46,080 bases of DNA from an uncultured virus (IMG/VR IMGVR_UViG_2061766007_004331) (taxonomy: Duplodnaviria > Heunggongvirae > Uroviricota > Caudoviricetes): IMG/VR virus record IMGVR_UViG_2061766007_004331. One strand, 5' to 3'. A model generated the notes under the pieces. The model worked only from the letters and a program-made list of their open reading frames with translations, made no database searches and was not told where the DNA came from. The first letter of the stretch is position 1. Each line of letters begins with the position of its first letter. This document shows positions 1 through 8,828 of the stretch, piece after piece. The translations under genes were made by a program, and so were the position numbers.

Positions 1-10
1 TCCCGACACC

Positions 11-529
11 ATGAACGGCTCGCAGGGCGAGATTGCACACATCGACCTGACCAACGGCTCCGAAATCCGCCGGGTCCTCCTGGAGCGCGACACACATTGG
101 GACCGCATCGACGGCGGCTACTGCGGGGACGTCATCCGGCTCACGGTCGGCAAGGCTGGCGCGGACACCTGGGTCGGAAGCACATGGGATGGCACGGTCT
201 GGAACAACCGGCTGGAGCCGATCTTCCAAATCGAGTGGGCCTGGCTGGGAAGCCGCCGGAACAGCGACTGGTACGTCAGCCTTGAAGAAGGCCGCGCGGC
301 ACATCAGAAGCAACTGGAGCGCTACCGCAACCATGACCGGTACGACCGCATGGTTTACACCGACCTGCCCGAAGCTTGCAAATCGGCAGCCCTCCGCTGG
401 GTGCAGAAACAGCCGCGGATGAAGACCGCCAAGCTCAGTGACATCGAGCAAGTACGGAAGGTGACCTACGAAGGGAAAACACACTACGAGATCAAGGCGA
501 AGGGCCGTTCCTTCCGCACGGACAACTGA
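11..529 (+). CDS. hypothetical protein (true start may lie upstream of the window)
   Basis: 172-aa ORF with GC-rich codon usage like neighbouring phage-type genes; no RBS visible. Confidence 0.65.
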   Translation: MNGSQGEIAHIDLTNGSEIRRVLLERDTHWDRIDGGYCGDVIRLTVGKAGADTWVGSTWDGTVWNNRLEPIFQIEWAWLGSRRNSDWYVSLEEGRAAHQKQLERYRNHDRYDRMVYTDLPEACKSAALRWVQKQPRMKTAKLSDIEQVRKVTYEGKTHYEIKAKGRSFRTDN

Positions 530-1319
530 ACCGCATCCTGCGGTTCTTCAGAGGGCTTTCAAATCGAGATNNNNNNNNNNNNNNNNNNNNNNNNNNNNNN
601 NNNNNNNNNNNNNNNNNNNNNNNNNNNNNNNNNNNNNNNNNNNNNNNNNNNNNNNNNNNNNNNNNNNNNNNNNNNNNNNNNNNNNNNNNNNNNNNNNNNN
701 NNNNNNNNNNNNNNNNNNNNNNNNNNNNNNNNNNNNNNNNNNNNNNNNNNNNNNNNNNNNNNNNNNNNNNNNNNNNNNNNNNNNNNNNNNNNNNNNNNNN
801 NNNNNNNNNNNNNNNNNNNNNNNNNNNNNNNNNNNNNNNNNNNNNNNNNNNNNNNNNNNNNNNNNNNNNNNNNNNNNNNNNNNNNNNNNNNNNNNNNNNN
901 NNNNNNNNNNNNNNNNNNNNNNNNNNNNNNNNNNNNNNNNNNNNNNNNNNNNNNNNNNNNNNNNNNNNNNNNNNNNNNNNNNNNNNNNNNNNNNNNNNNN
1001 NNNNNNNNNNNNNNNNNNNNNNNNNNNNNNNNNNNNNNNNNNNNNNNNNNNNNNNNNNNNNNNNNNNNNNNNNNNNNNNNNNNNNNNNNNNNNNNNNNNN
1101 NNNNNNNNNNNNNNNNNNNNNNNNNNNNNNNNNNNNNNNNNNNNNNNNNNNNNNNNNNNNNNNNNNNNNNNNNNNNNNNNNNNNNNNNNNNNNNNNNNNN
1201 NNNNNNNNNNNNNNNNNNNNNNNNNNNNNNNNNNNNNNNNNNNNNNNNNNNNNNNNNNNNNNNNNNNNNNNNNNNNNNNNNNNNNNNNNNNNNNNNNNNN
1301 NNNNNNNNNNNNNNNNNAC

Positions 1320-1520
1320 GTCCGCTTTGAAATCGAGACGGCCACCACCGAACTGGAGGAAGATCATCAGATAGCATTCCCGGACAGTGACAGCAGAGCT
1401 GAGTTCCTCGACGACTGCATCACCGGCGTGATGGACAAGCTCAACATTTATGAAACCTACATGCCGGACTACAGAATGGAGGTCCTTGACCTCGCCGACA
1501 CCTACGGGTACCAGCTCTGA
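1320..1520 (+). CDS. hypothetical acidic protein, 3' part (start in gap)
   Basis: open frame VRFEIETATTELEEDHQIAFPDSDSRAEFLDDCITGVMDKLNIYETYMPDYRMEVLDLADTYGYQL* read manually; absent from ORF track. Confidence 0.6.
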   Translation, partial: VRFEIETATTELEEDHQIAFPDSDSRAEFLDDCITGVMDKLNIYETYMPDYRMEVLDLADTYGYQL

Positions 1521-1580
1521 AATCGGATCGCCTTAGACACAACCTGACACAGCTTTCAAATTGAGAAGGAGGACATCAGC

Positions 1581-1817
1581 ATGAAGAACACCATGACCAC
1601 CACGAAGCGGAATCACCTGAGCCTGGACGAGTGCATGGATATCCTGGACTGGTTCGACGATCCACAGTACGATTACATCCACCACATCTACATCTCCAAG
1701 CTGGACGCGCCGGCAAGGCTCAAACGGGCGCTGCCTGCGCTCCGTGGGTACTGCATGGACCTGATCATCGCGCACATCGGCATGGAGGACGCCTACCCGA
1801 TGAAGTGGGTGGCCTGA
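1581..1817 (+). CDS. small hypothetical protein
   Basis: 78-aa ORF preceded by AGGAGG RBS. Confidence 0.7.
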   Translation: MKNTMTTTKRNHLSLDECMDILDWFDDPQYDYIHHIYISKLDAPARLKRALPALRGYCMDLIIAHIGMEDAYPMKWVA

Positions 1818-1847
1818 GCTTTCAAATCGAGATCCCTTTCTTACCCC

Positions 1848-1876
1848 TTGCCAGCCGGAAGGCTGGCTGCTACAAT
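1848..1876 (+). promoter_or_regulatory. sigma-A promoter of the GGCT gene
   Basis: TTGCCA-17-TACAAT with extended -10 TG; overlaps the hairpin GCCAGCC-GGAA-GGCTGGC. Confidence 0.6.
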
Positions 1877-1913
1877 GGCTCTGGAATCGACGGGGCCGGA
1901 ATTGGAGGAAGCT

Positions 1914-2349
1914 ATGAAATACATTGCTTACGGATCGAACATGGTGAAAGAACAGATGGCAGTCCGCTGCCCGGAGGCCTGTCTCATCGGGATGGGCTAC
2001 ATCGAAGGGGCGCGGCTGGAGTTTTACCTCCACGCGACAGTGGAGCGCACCGCAGACAGACGGAACCGGATGCCGGTCGCGGTATGGGAGATCAGCAAAC
2101 AGGATGAAGCGAACCTGGATGTGTACGAGGGCGTTAAGGGCGGATACTATACCAAGGAAATCTGGCCGGTCATCATGAAGGATGGCTCTCAAATCGAGGG
2201 GATGATCTACATCATGAAGATGATCCGGCAGTCACCGCCGATGGANNNNNNNNNNNNNNNNNNNNNNCATGGAACTGGGACTCAGCTCTCAAATCAAGAC
2301 GGTGCTACAGCCGGCGCTCCTGCGCAGCCTAGATAGGTGGAATACATGA
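1914..2349 (+). CDS. gamma-glutamylcyclotransferase (GGCT/AIG2-like) family protein
   Basis: MKYIAYGSNM N-terminus, VAVWEI..LDVYEG motif, GGAGG RBS; C-terminus re-framed after gap to TGA at 2347-2349. Confidence 0.85.
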
Positions 2350-2365
2350 TGGCAGGCAGACCACG

Positions 2366-2403
2366 ACCGCTTCCTAATCGGGAGGCGGCCTTTTTTCGTT
2401 TTT
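2366..2403 (+). terminator. rho-independent terminator
   Basis: CCGCTTCC/GGAGGCGG stem followed by T tract. Confidence 0.7.
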
Positions 2404-3071
2404 GGCCTTTTTCATTCTCGCGCCACGTTGGCCCGTGTCGGGCTTTCGAATCAGGCGGGCCATTTCCTCGACCGGAGGGCTGAAGCCCCCACGTGGGGCA
2501 ACGTGCGCGGAACGTGGGCAAAGGAAAAGCAGCCCGAAGGCTGCTGGCGGGGAAGGCTNNNNNNNNNNNNNNNNNNNNNNNNNNNNNNNNNNNNNNNNNN
2601 NNNNNNNNNNNNNNNNNNNNNNNNNNNNNNNNNNNNNNNNNNNNNNNNNNNNNNNNNNNNNNNNNNNNNNNNNNNNNNNNNNNNNNNNNNNNNNNNNNNN
2701 NNNNNNNNNNNNNNNNNNNNNNNNNNNNNNNNNNNNNNNNNNNNNNNNNNNNNNNNNNNNNNNNNNNNNNNNNNNNNNNNNNNNNNNNNNNNNNNNNNNN
2801 NNNNNNNNNNNNNNNNNNNNNNNNNNNNNNNNNNNNNNNNNNNNNNNNNNNNNNNNNNNNNNNNNNNNNNNNNNNNNNNNNNNNNNNNNNNNNNNNNNNN
2901 NNNNNNNNNNNNNNNNNNNNNNNNNNNNNNNNNNNNNNNNNNNNNNNNNNNNNNNNNNNNNNNNNNNNNNNNNNNNNNNNNNNNNNNNNNNNNNNNNNNN
3001 NNNNNNNNNNNNNNNNNNNNNNNNNNNNNNNNNNNNNNNNNNNNNNNNNNNNNNNNNNNNNNNNNNNNNNN

Positions 3072-3159
3072 TACCGACCTTGTTCAGGATCTCCACATCG
3101 ACGAGCGGCGCGCGATGCGTGCCATTTTTGTCGACGGACTGCAGCATTGCTTTTGCCAT
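3072..3159 (-). CDS. small phage protein, N-terminal part (probably continues at 3847-3726)
   Basis: MAKAMLQSVDKNGTHRAPLVDVEILNKVG with AGGAGG RBS; joins in frame to NDYIVLTPAG.. if the contigs are reordered. Confidence 0.6.
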
Positions 3160-3184
3160 AGGCGGCTCCTCCTTCTTTCAGGGT

Positions 3185-3219
3185 AGTGACATATACGCTC
3201 AGATCGAGATAAAAGTCAA
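3185..3219 (-). promoter_or_regulatory. conserved element promoter TTGACTT-N12-GAGCGTATATGTCACT
   Basis: same motif at 35619 and 45712 on +; lies just upstream of an RBS and ATG. Confidence 0.65.
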
Positions 3220-3319
3220 GCGATAATTCATATTCTTCCCAGCATATTCTCTTTCGCTTGGCAGATTTGAAATAGCAAGCACTTTTTCGATTGGCATATT
3301 TGAAATGAAAGAGAATGGC

Positions 3320-3348
3320 TTGACTTTTTTTGATTCTTAGTCTATCAT
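3320..3348 (+). promoter_or_regulatory. sigma-A promoter, probably for the ATPase at 4194 once contigs are reordered
   Basis: TTGACT-17-TATCAT; preceded by a 21-bp imperfect direct repeat at 3253 and 3286. Confidence 0.5.
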
Positions 3349-3360
3349 ATNNNNNNNNNN

Positions 3361-3729
3361 GTAATCCCGAATCGGGATACTGACATAGGTTTCGGTAAAC
3401 TCGAAGTCGGCAGGTGCTACATCATCGGATGGGGAAGTCTCCTGTGTTTCATCATCCGCTGAAACAGGATCCGCTTCTGAACCCGCAGAAGCAGGATGGT
3501 TTCCTTCAGGCTCCGCTTCGATGGTCTCATGGATGTAGTCGTTCTCCACCAGGAAACTGTGGATGGCTTCGAAATCATCGCCGTCGATGCTGCCATCCTT
3601 ATTGATCCTGAATGGGCCGACCTGGTAGGCGCAGGAAGGTACACCCAAATAGGTGTACGGCTCTCCGATCAAGCGGGAAAGCTCCTGCGCCAGCACCTTC
3701 CGGTTCTGGGTATTAGTTGGGATGTTCAT
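3361..3729 (-). CDS. phage 'virulence-related protein'-like, N-terminal part (3' end in gap)
   Basis: RKVLAQELSRLIGEPYTYLGVPSCAYQVG matches the family N-terminus as recalled; ATGA overlap with upstream gene. Confidence 0.65.
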
Positions 3730-3847
3730 GTCTCCTGCGCCTCCTTCACTACCCGGTACACATCGTCGGCGAAGTAATAGCCGGTGAAAGGATTGAACAG
3801 GGCATGGCACTTAACGCCAGCGGGCGTCAGCACGATGTAATCGTTGT
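3726..3847 (-). CDS. small phage protein, C-terminal part
   Basis: NDYIVLTPAGVKCHALFNPFTGYYFADDVYRVVKEAQET* read manually. Confidence 0.6.
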
Positions 3848-4193
3848 NNNNNNNNNNNNNNNNNNNNNNNNNNNNNNNNNNNNNNNNNNNNNNNNNNNNN
3901 NNNNNNNNNNNNNNNNNNNNNNNNNNNNNNNNNNNNNNNNNNNNNNNNNNNNNNNNNNNNNNNNNNNNNNNNNNNNNNNNNNNNNNNNNNNNNNNNNNNN
4001 NNNNNNNNNNNNNNNNNNNNNNNNNNNNNNNNNNNNNNNNNNNNNNNNNNNNNNNNNNNNNNNNNNNNNNNNNNNNNNNNNNNNNNNNNNNNNNNNNNNN
4101 NNNNNNNNNNNNNNNNNNNNNNNNNNNNNNNNNNNNNNNNNNNNCCCTAACTCATGATTCCCTGAATTATATTTCAAATTGTGGGAGGCCAAC

Positions 4194-5589
4194 ATGTTTC
4201 TTTGCAGAGAGCATGAGCTCCAAGTTCTGAATCGTAGATACCAGAGTGATACTTGTGAGTGCATCGTGGTTTATGGACGCAGAAGAGTCGGGAAGACAGC
4301 ACTGATCACAGAATTTGCCAAGGACAAGAAGACCATTTTATTTCCAGCGCTTAAGGCGACAGCCAAGGATAATCTGGAAGCGCTATCCAAAGCGATAGCA
4401 GCCTATAGGAATCCAGGCAGTACTTCCGCTCCGGTTTATCAGTCTTTTGATGACGCTTTTGCTGAGATTACCCGCATTGCTGAGCAGGAACGTGTGATTT
4501 TTGTTATAGATGAATTGCCATTCCTCTGTGAAGCCGATGATTCGATTCCGTCCAGACTTCAGCATATGCTGGATCATGACTGGAAAGGCACGAAACTATA
4601 TCTGATTCTTTGTGGATCCTCCATGAGTTTCATGGAAAAGGAAGTCCTCAGTGAGAAGAGTCCGATATTTGGACGCCGGACCGCTCAGATAAAGCTCCTG
4701 CCTCTTTCATACAGGGATGCGTCGCGATTTCATCCGGAACTGTCTCCGGAAGAGAACGCAGTTATCTATGGGATTACGGGAGGAATTCCACACTACATCA
4801 ACCTGCTGAGTGTTAAGCAAAGTGTTAAAGATGCACTGATTCAGAACCTGTTTGACAGATCTTCTTATTTGTTTGAGGAGCCTGAAAACCTCCTTCGACA
4901 GGAATTAAGAGAACCTGCTGTTTACAATTCTATCATCACATCGATTGCAGAGGGCGCCAGCAAGTTAAATGAAATTGCCACCAGCGTCCATCTTGAGAGC
5001 TCTGCTTGCAGTAAGTATTTAAAGGTTCTGATTGAATTGGGCATCGTTCAGAAAATTGAACCTGTCATGAATGACTCCAAGAAAAAAGTCATCTATCGAA
5101 TCACAGATCCATTCTTCCGGTTCTGGTATCGTTATGTACCAGGTAACATGATGGCCATCACGGCCAACCAAATGGACCGTGTGTTTGATGCGTCTGTTGG
5201 CTCGGATATCAGCAATTACATGGGACAAATCTATGAGACGATGTGCCGGTCATGGCTTGTTGACCATATGGNNNNNNNNNNNNNNNNNNNNNNNNNNNNN
5301 NNNNNNNNNNNAGAAAGAGATACAGGTCGATATTGTCGGCCTCGAAACAAAAGCATATAATCGGAATGGCGGAAAACGATTCCTCATTGGATCATGCAAG
5401 TATAGAAATGATCCCATAGGTGTAGATGAGCTGGAGCTTCTTGAGGACTATGCTTCCGTTTTCACGACTTCTAAGGATCAATGTTTCTATTATATTTTCT
5501 CTAAGGGCGGGTTTACGGAGAACCTGAAGAGACTGCAGGAATCGGGAGCTGTTACACTGCTGTCCTTAGAGGATATGTATAAAGATTGA
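4194..5589 (+). CDS. P-loop ATPase (archaeal-ATPase-like) with wHTH and C-terminal DUF234 nuclease-like domain
   Basis: Walker A YGRRRVGKT, Walker B IDELP, LCGSS, DPFFRFWYRYV, C-terminal QVDIVG..IGSCKY; frame changes only at an N gap. Confidence 0.85.
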
Positions 5590-5624
5590 GTCTGTCTCGA
5601 TCTCGTACTTCAGGAGGATCATGG

Positions 5625-5816
5625 ATGTTGACTTGGGAAGATTACAAAAAGCACGTCAGGGAAAAGAGTCCAGAGATAGGACAAGACATAGATGACATTG
5701 AGCGTATAAGCTCAAATATGGATTTAGATGAGTTAAATCGGAAAGATCCTGCTGCTCTGGTAAGTATTCTCTGCAATAATTCAAAAGAGAGTTCAGTAAA
5801 TCAGAAAACTCAATAA
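5625..5816 (+). pseudogene. possible truncated XRE antitoxin-like gene (N-terminus only, no HTH)
   Basis: MLTWEDYKKHVREKSPEIGQDIDDIE resembles N-termini of HigA-like HTH antitoxins; AGGAGG RBS. Confidence 0.4.
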
Positions 5817-5847
5817 AATGATCGCTGGGCATTCTGCCTGGCGGTTT

Positions 5848-6868
5848 TTATTTTTCCCACGGCAGATTCTGCCGCCAGAAGTGCCCCAGGGAAGCGGTCT
5901 TCGTATAGTCGATGTCCTTGAGGTGCAGGGATGAGATGATGCCGTTGGGGGCCAAGTCATAATGCTCTCGAATCCAGCGGAGCAGGTAACGTTCAGGCAC
6001 CTTGCTGGTCTTGAATGTTTCAGCTGAGATGCCGACCGGCTCTTCCACCCCGATGGCGTAGGCCAGCTGGACTTCGCAGCGGGTAGCAAGACCGAAACGG
6101 AGGATGTCCTTGGCAATCTTCCGCGCCATGTAGGCGCCGGAACGGTCGACCTTGGTCGGGTCTTTCCCGGAGAACGCACCGCCGCCNNNNNNNNNNNNNN
6201 NNNNNNNNNNNNNNNNNNNNNNNNNNNNNNNNNNNNNNNNNNNNNNNNNNNNNNNNNNNNNNNNNNNNNNNNNNNNNNNNGTTCTGATCGTAATAAGCAG
6301 CCGCTTCCTTCATCACCATGTGGACAGCCTGGGCCAGGAAACCGGGATGCGCATCAGGGGTGTGCTGGGTGCTGATGAGGAAGGTGTCGATTCGTTTGTT
6401 GTAGTAGTCATAGGTGACCTGGGCTTTCGCATCCGGGAGCAGGTACGGATTATGCAGGCTCTCCAGAATCTCGATGGCTTTAGTCGCCAGGGCGAAGGGA
6501 AGGGGCAGCATCTCCTCAGTCTCTCTGCAGGCGTAGCCGAACATCATGCCCTGGTCGCCAGCACCTTTCCGGTTGACACCCTGGGCGATGTCGGGGCTCT
6601 GCTGGGAGATATGCTGTGTCAGAACGAAGTTACCGGCAATGACCGGTTCGTGCTGTGCCAGTTGGCGCTGAACGATTTCCTGATAGTTCGGCTGATGCCG
6701 GGAAGTGATCTCACCGGCCAGGGTGATGTGATTATCCTTGATAAGGGCCTCTACAGCAACGCGGCTGTTCCGGTCGTGGGTCAGGCAGTCGGTCAGGATG
6801 GCATCGCTGATCTGATCGCAAATCTTATCGGGGTGTCCGTGGGACACCTGCTCAGAGGTAAATAGCAT
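5848..6868 (-). CDS. metK: S-adenosylmethionine synthetase (phage-type)
   Basis: [70 protein letters not shown]. Confidence 0.95.
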
Positions 6869-6879
6869 GTGTGGCCTCC

Positions 6880-6999
6880 TCAATCTTCATTCGGTTTGTA
6901 GAAAGGGCATTCCGGGCAGGCGCAGACAAGCTCGCCATCCTCAGAGATGTAGTAGTCATCCCCGTACCCGGTGCATTCGTAGCAGATATCGTCGTCCAT
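6880..6999 (-). CDS. 39-aa Cys-rich protein
   Basis: MDDDICYECTGYGDDYYISEDGELVCACPECPFYKPNED*, AGGAG RBS, stop abuts the metK RBS; below ORF-track cutoff. Confidence 0.65.
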   Translation of the reverse strand: MDDDICYECTGYGDDYYISEDGELVCACPECPFYKPNED

Positions 7000-7021
7000 G
7001 GAACGCTCCTTTCAGCGGACA

Positions 7022-7062
7022 GAAAAGGAAATGCCCTCGCTGAGGATGAGTCGGCGAGGGCA
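7022..7062 (-). terminator. rho-independent terminator
   Basis: TGCCCTCGC/GCGAGGGCA stem with T-rich tail on minus strand. Confidence 0.55.
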
Positions 7063-7067
7063 GTACT

Positions 7068-7307
7068 TCAGGATTTAGCTTTGCATTTCTTTTCAAGGTA
7101 AGAATAGATACCCAGCATAACCTCCATGGCCAACGGGTGGTTCTTCCACTTACTACCGACCAGCTCACAGGCGTCCTTCGCGGTGCGCTCCCAGAATGGG
7201 AGACATTCAGGAGTACCGTTGGCAGGCGGGTCGTTATGGTCACGGAGAAAACGATAGGCGTCGTTCAGGATGTCGTGTTCATCCTGGGGAATCGCGGGTG
7301 ATTTCAT
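7068..7307 (-). CDS. hypothetical protein
   Basis: 79-aa ORF from MKSPAIP with AGGAGG RBS. Confidence 0.7.
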   Translation of the reverse strand: MKSPAIPQDEHDILNDAYRFLRDHNDPPANGTPECLPFWERTAKDACELVGSKWKNHPLAMEVMLGIYSYLEKKCKAKS

Positions 7308-7413
7308 GTGCGCCTCCTGATGGGAGGGAAGGGAAAGACCTCTGCAGGTGCTGCCCACAGAGGTCTCTGTCCTATTTTGATGAGTGTATCATATCACGAT
7401 GGGAAGGCGGGCA

Positions 7414-7872
7414 TCAAGGGACATCACCGGGCATTTTTTCAGAATCCAAGAGTTTTTTGTATTCGATGCCTACAGTGTCCAGGAAAAGAAGGGCCTGAGT
7501 CTGTTTGCGGCGCACAGTACGGTCGTGAAGTTGCATGATCTCAGCGATCTCGCGCCATTCCCGGAATCCAAGATACCGGAGCTCTAGAATTGTTTTATCA
7601 TCCTCATCCTCTACGTGCACGAGGACAGAGCGGATCTGCGCTTTTGCTTCTGTCAGTTTGCCCTCGGCTTCCTTGATCTCGTCTTTCAAATCGACGATCT
7701 TGGCAATCATATCCTCCATGCTGTGCACGTTCCGGGTGTGGCTGACCACATCCTGCTGCATATTGCAGCTGATGCCAGTGACCGAATCATTAAGACGATC
7801 CAGGATGCCCTGCTTTTTGACGATCTCTTTGTTCAGGTAAAAGGTCTGCGTGAAGAATTCTTTTGCTGTCAA
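7414..7872 (-). CDS. ArpU/RinA/DUF1492-like phage transcriptional regulator
   Basis: TTG start overlapping upstream stop; TAKEFF..MEDMIAKIVDL..ILELRYL..WREIAEIM sigma-4-like HTH. Confidence 0.8.
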   Translation of the reverse strand: MTAKEFFTQTFYLNKEIVKKQGILDRLNDSVTGISCNMQQDVVSHTRNVHSMEDMIAKIVDLKDEIKEAEGKLTEAKAQIRSVLVHVEDEDDKTILELRYLGFREWREIAEIMQLHDRTVRRKQTQALLFLDTVGIEYKKLLDSEKMPGDVP

Positions 7873-8099
7873 ATCAACGCTCCTGTCCACGGCATTTCGC
7901 CGTTGTAGTATTTCTCGGCGATGGCCTGCTGTTTCTCCACCGGCATGCTGGCGATCCTCGCCAGGGCACGGCGTGTATCTCGCTCGGCCATCCACCGGGG
8001 TTTATAGAAGGGGCACTTATCATATTGCCCATTGCAGCCCTTGCAGGTCAGCAGCGAGCATTTCCTGCCAGGCTTCAGGGCAAAGCATTTTTCGTTCAT
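7869..8099 (-). CDS. small Cys-rich hypothetical protein
   Basis: 76-aa ORF with five Cys including CPFYK; GGAGG RBS. Confidence 0.7.
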   Translation of the reverse strand: MNEKCFALKPGRKCSLLTCKGCNGQYDKCPFYKPRWMAERDTRRALARIASMPVEKQQAIAEKYYNGEMPWTGALI

Positions 8100-8102
8100 G
8101 GG

Positions 8103-8562
8103 TTATCCTCCGACGCTGAGAATACTGCGTGTTTTCAGATCAATGATTCGCTGATTCCGGCTTCCGCGAAAGGCAAGTCCGGCATCCTTTTCCGCTTCCA
8201 GGAAAGGCCCGTCTACCACAACATCGACGTAAGAGAGAAGAGGCGATGAGGCGACTTCTTCCAGACGGTTGCCGGTGTACAGCCAGATATCCTTATCTGG
8301 AAACTCAGCTTTCACCTTTCTGAGGAAAGGCAGTAGTACTTCCTGATTCTCCGGCTCCATGGGCTCACCGCCGAGAATGGAAAGACCCTGAATCCAGCTG
8401 GGACTCAGGGCTTTCAGAATGATATCTTCAGTTTCTATGGTGAATGGTTCTCCGTAATCAAAATCCCAGGCTTCCGTGTTGAAGCAGCCTGCGCAGTGTC
8501 GACGGCAGNNNNNNNNNNNNNNNNNNNNNNNNNNNTGTCTTTTTGATGGTGGCGTAGTTCAT
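8103..8562 (-). CDS. nrdG: anaerobic ribonucleotide reductase activating protein (radical SAM)
   Basis: MNYATIKK start, CRRHCAGCFN CxxxCxxC motif, LGGEP, VVVDGPF, FRGSRNQR. Confidence 0.92.
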
Positions 8563-8828
8563 GAATCCTCCTGATCGGAATGGCGAGCCTTCTGTTCAGC
8601 GATGGCTTTTGTATACACATTGTGGGATTCCCTCATATTCTGACCGCAGTAGAGCCAATCGTCACCCCGCCACACATGGAAGACCGGAGAACGGCCGAAC
8701 GGGTTTCCATCCGGTCTGTCTTTGGTCACATAAGCAGCAACTTCGCCACAGCTGGCAAGCAGGTGTACTTCCTTATCCGAACCGAAGGAATCCAGCCAAG
8801 CCTGACGCATGCTTTTCTTTTCACTCAC
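8559..8828 (-). CDS. hypothetical protein between nrdD and nrdG
   Basis: 89-aa ORF overlapping both neighbours by 4 bp. Confidence 0.7.
   Translation of the reverse strand: MSEKKSMRQAWLDSFGSDKEVHLLASCGEVAAYVTKDRPDGNPFGRSPVFHVWRGDDWLYCGQNMRESHNVYTKAIAEQKARHSDQEDS

Larger units (their letters stand above)
57..2457 (+). repeat. dispersed co-oriented ~15-bp motif, consensus GCTYTSAAATCGAGA
   Basis: strong copies start at 555, 1324, 1552, 1818, 2185, 2285; weaker copies at 57, 222, 374, 1514, 1878, 2442. Confidence 0.8.

Noticed and set aside
492..3226. Long track ORFs consisting mostly of X (also 9495-11072, 19811-20758, 43538-44424)
   Set aside because: They result from reading through N gaps.
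3072..4144. Apparent split small gene and orphan promoter
   Set aside because: The 279-bp contig 3072-3350 fits the 297-N gap at 3848-4144, restoring the gene and the ATPase promoter; contig misordering.
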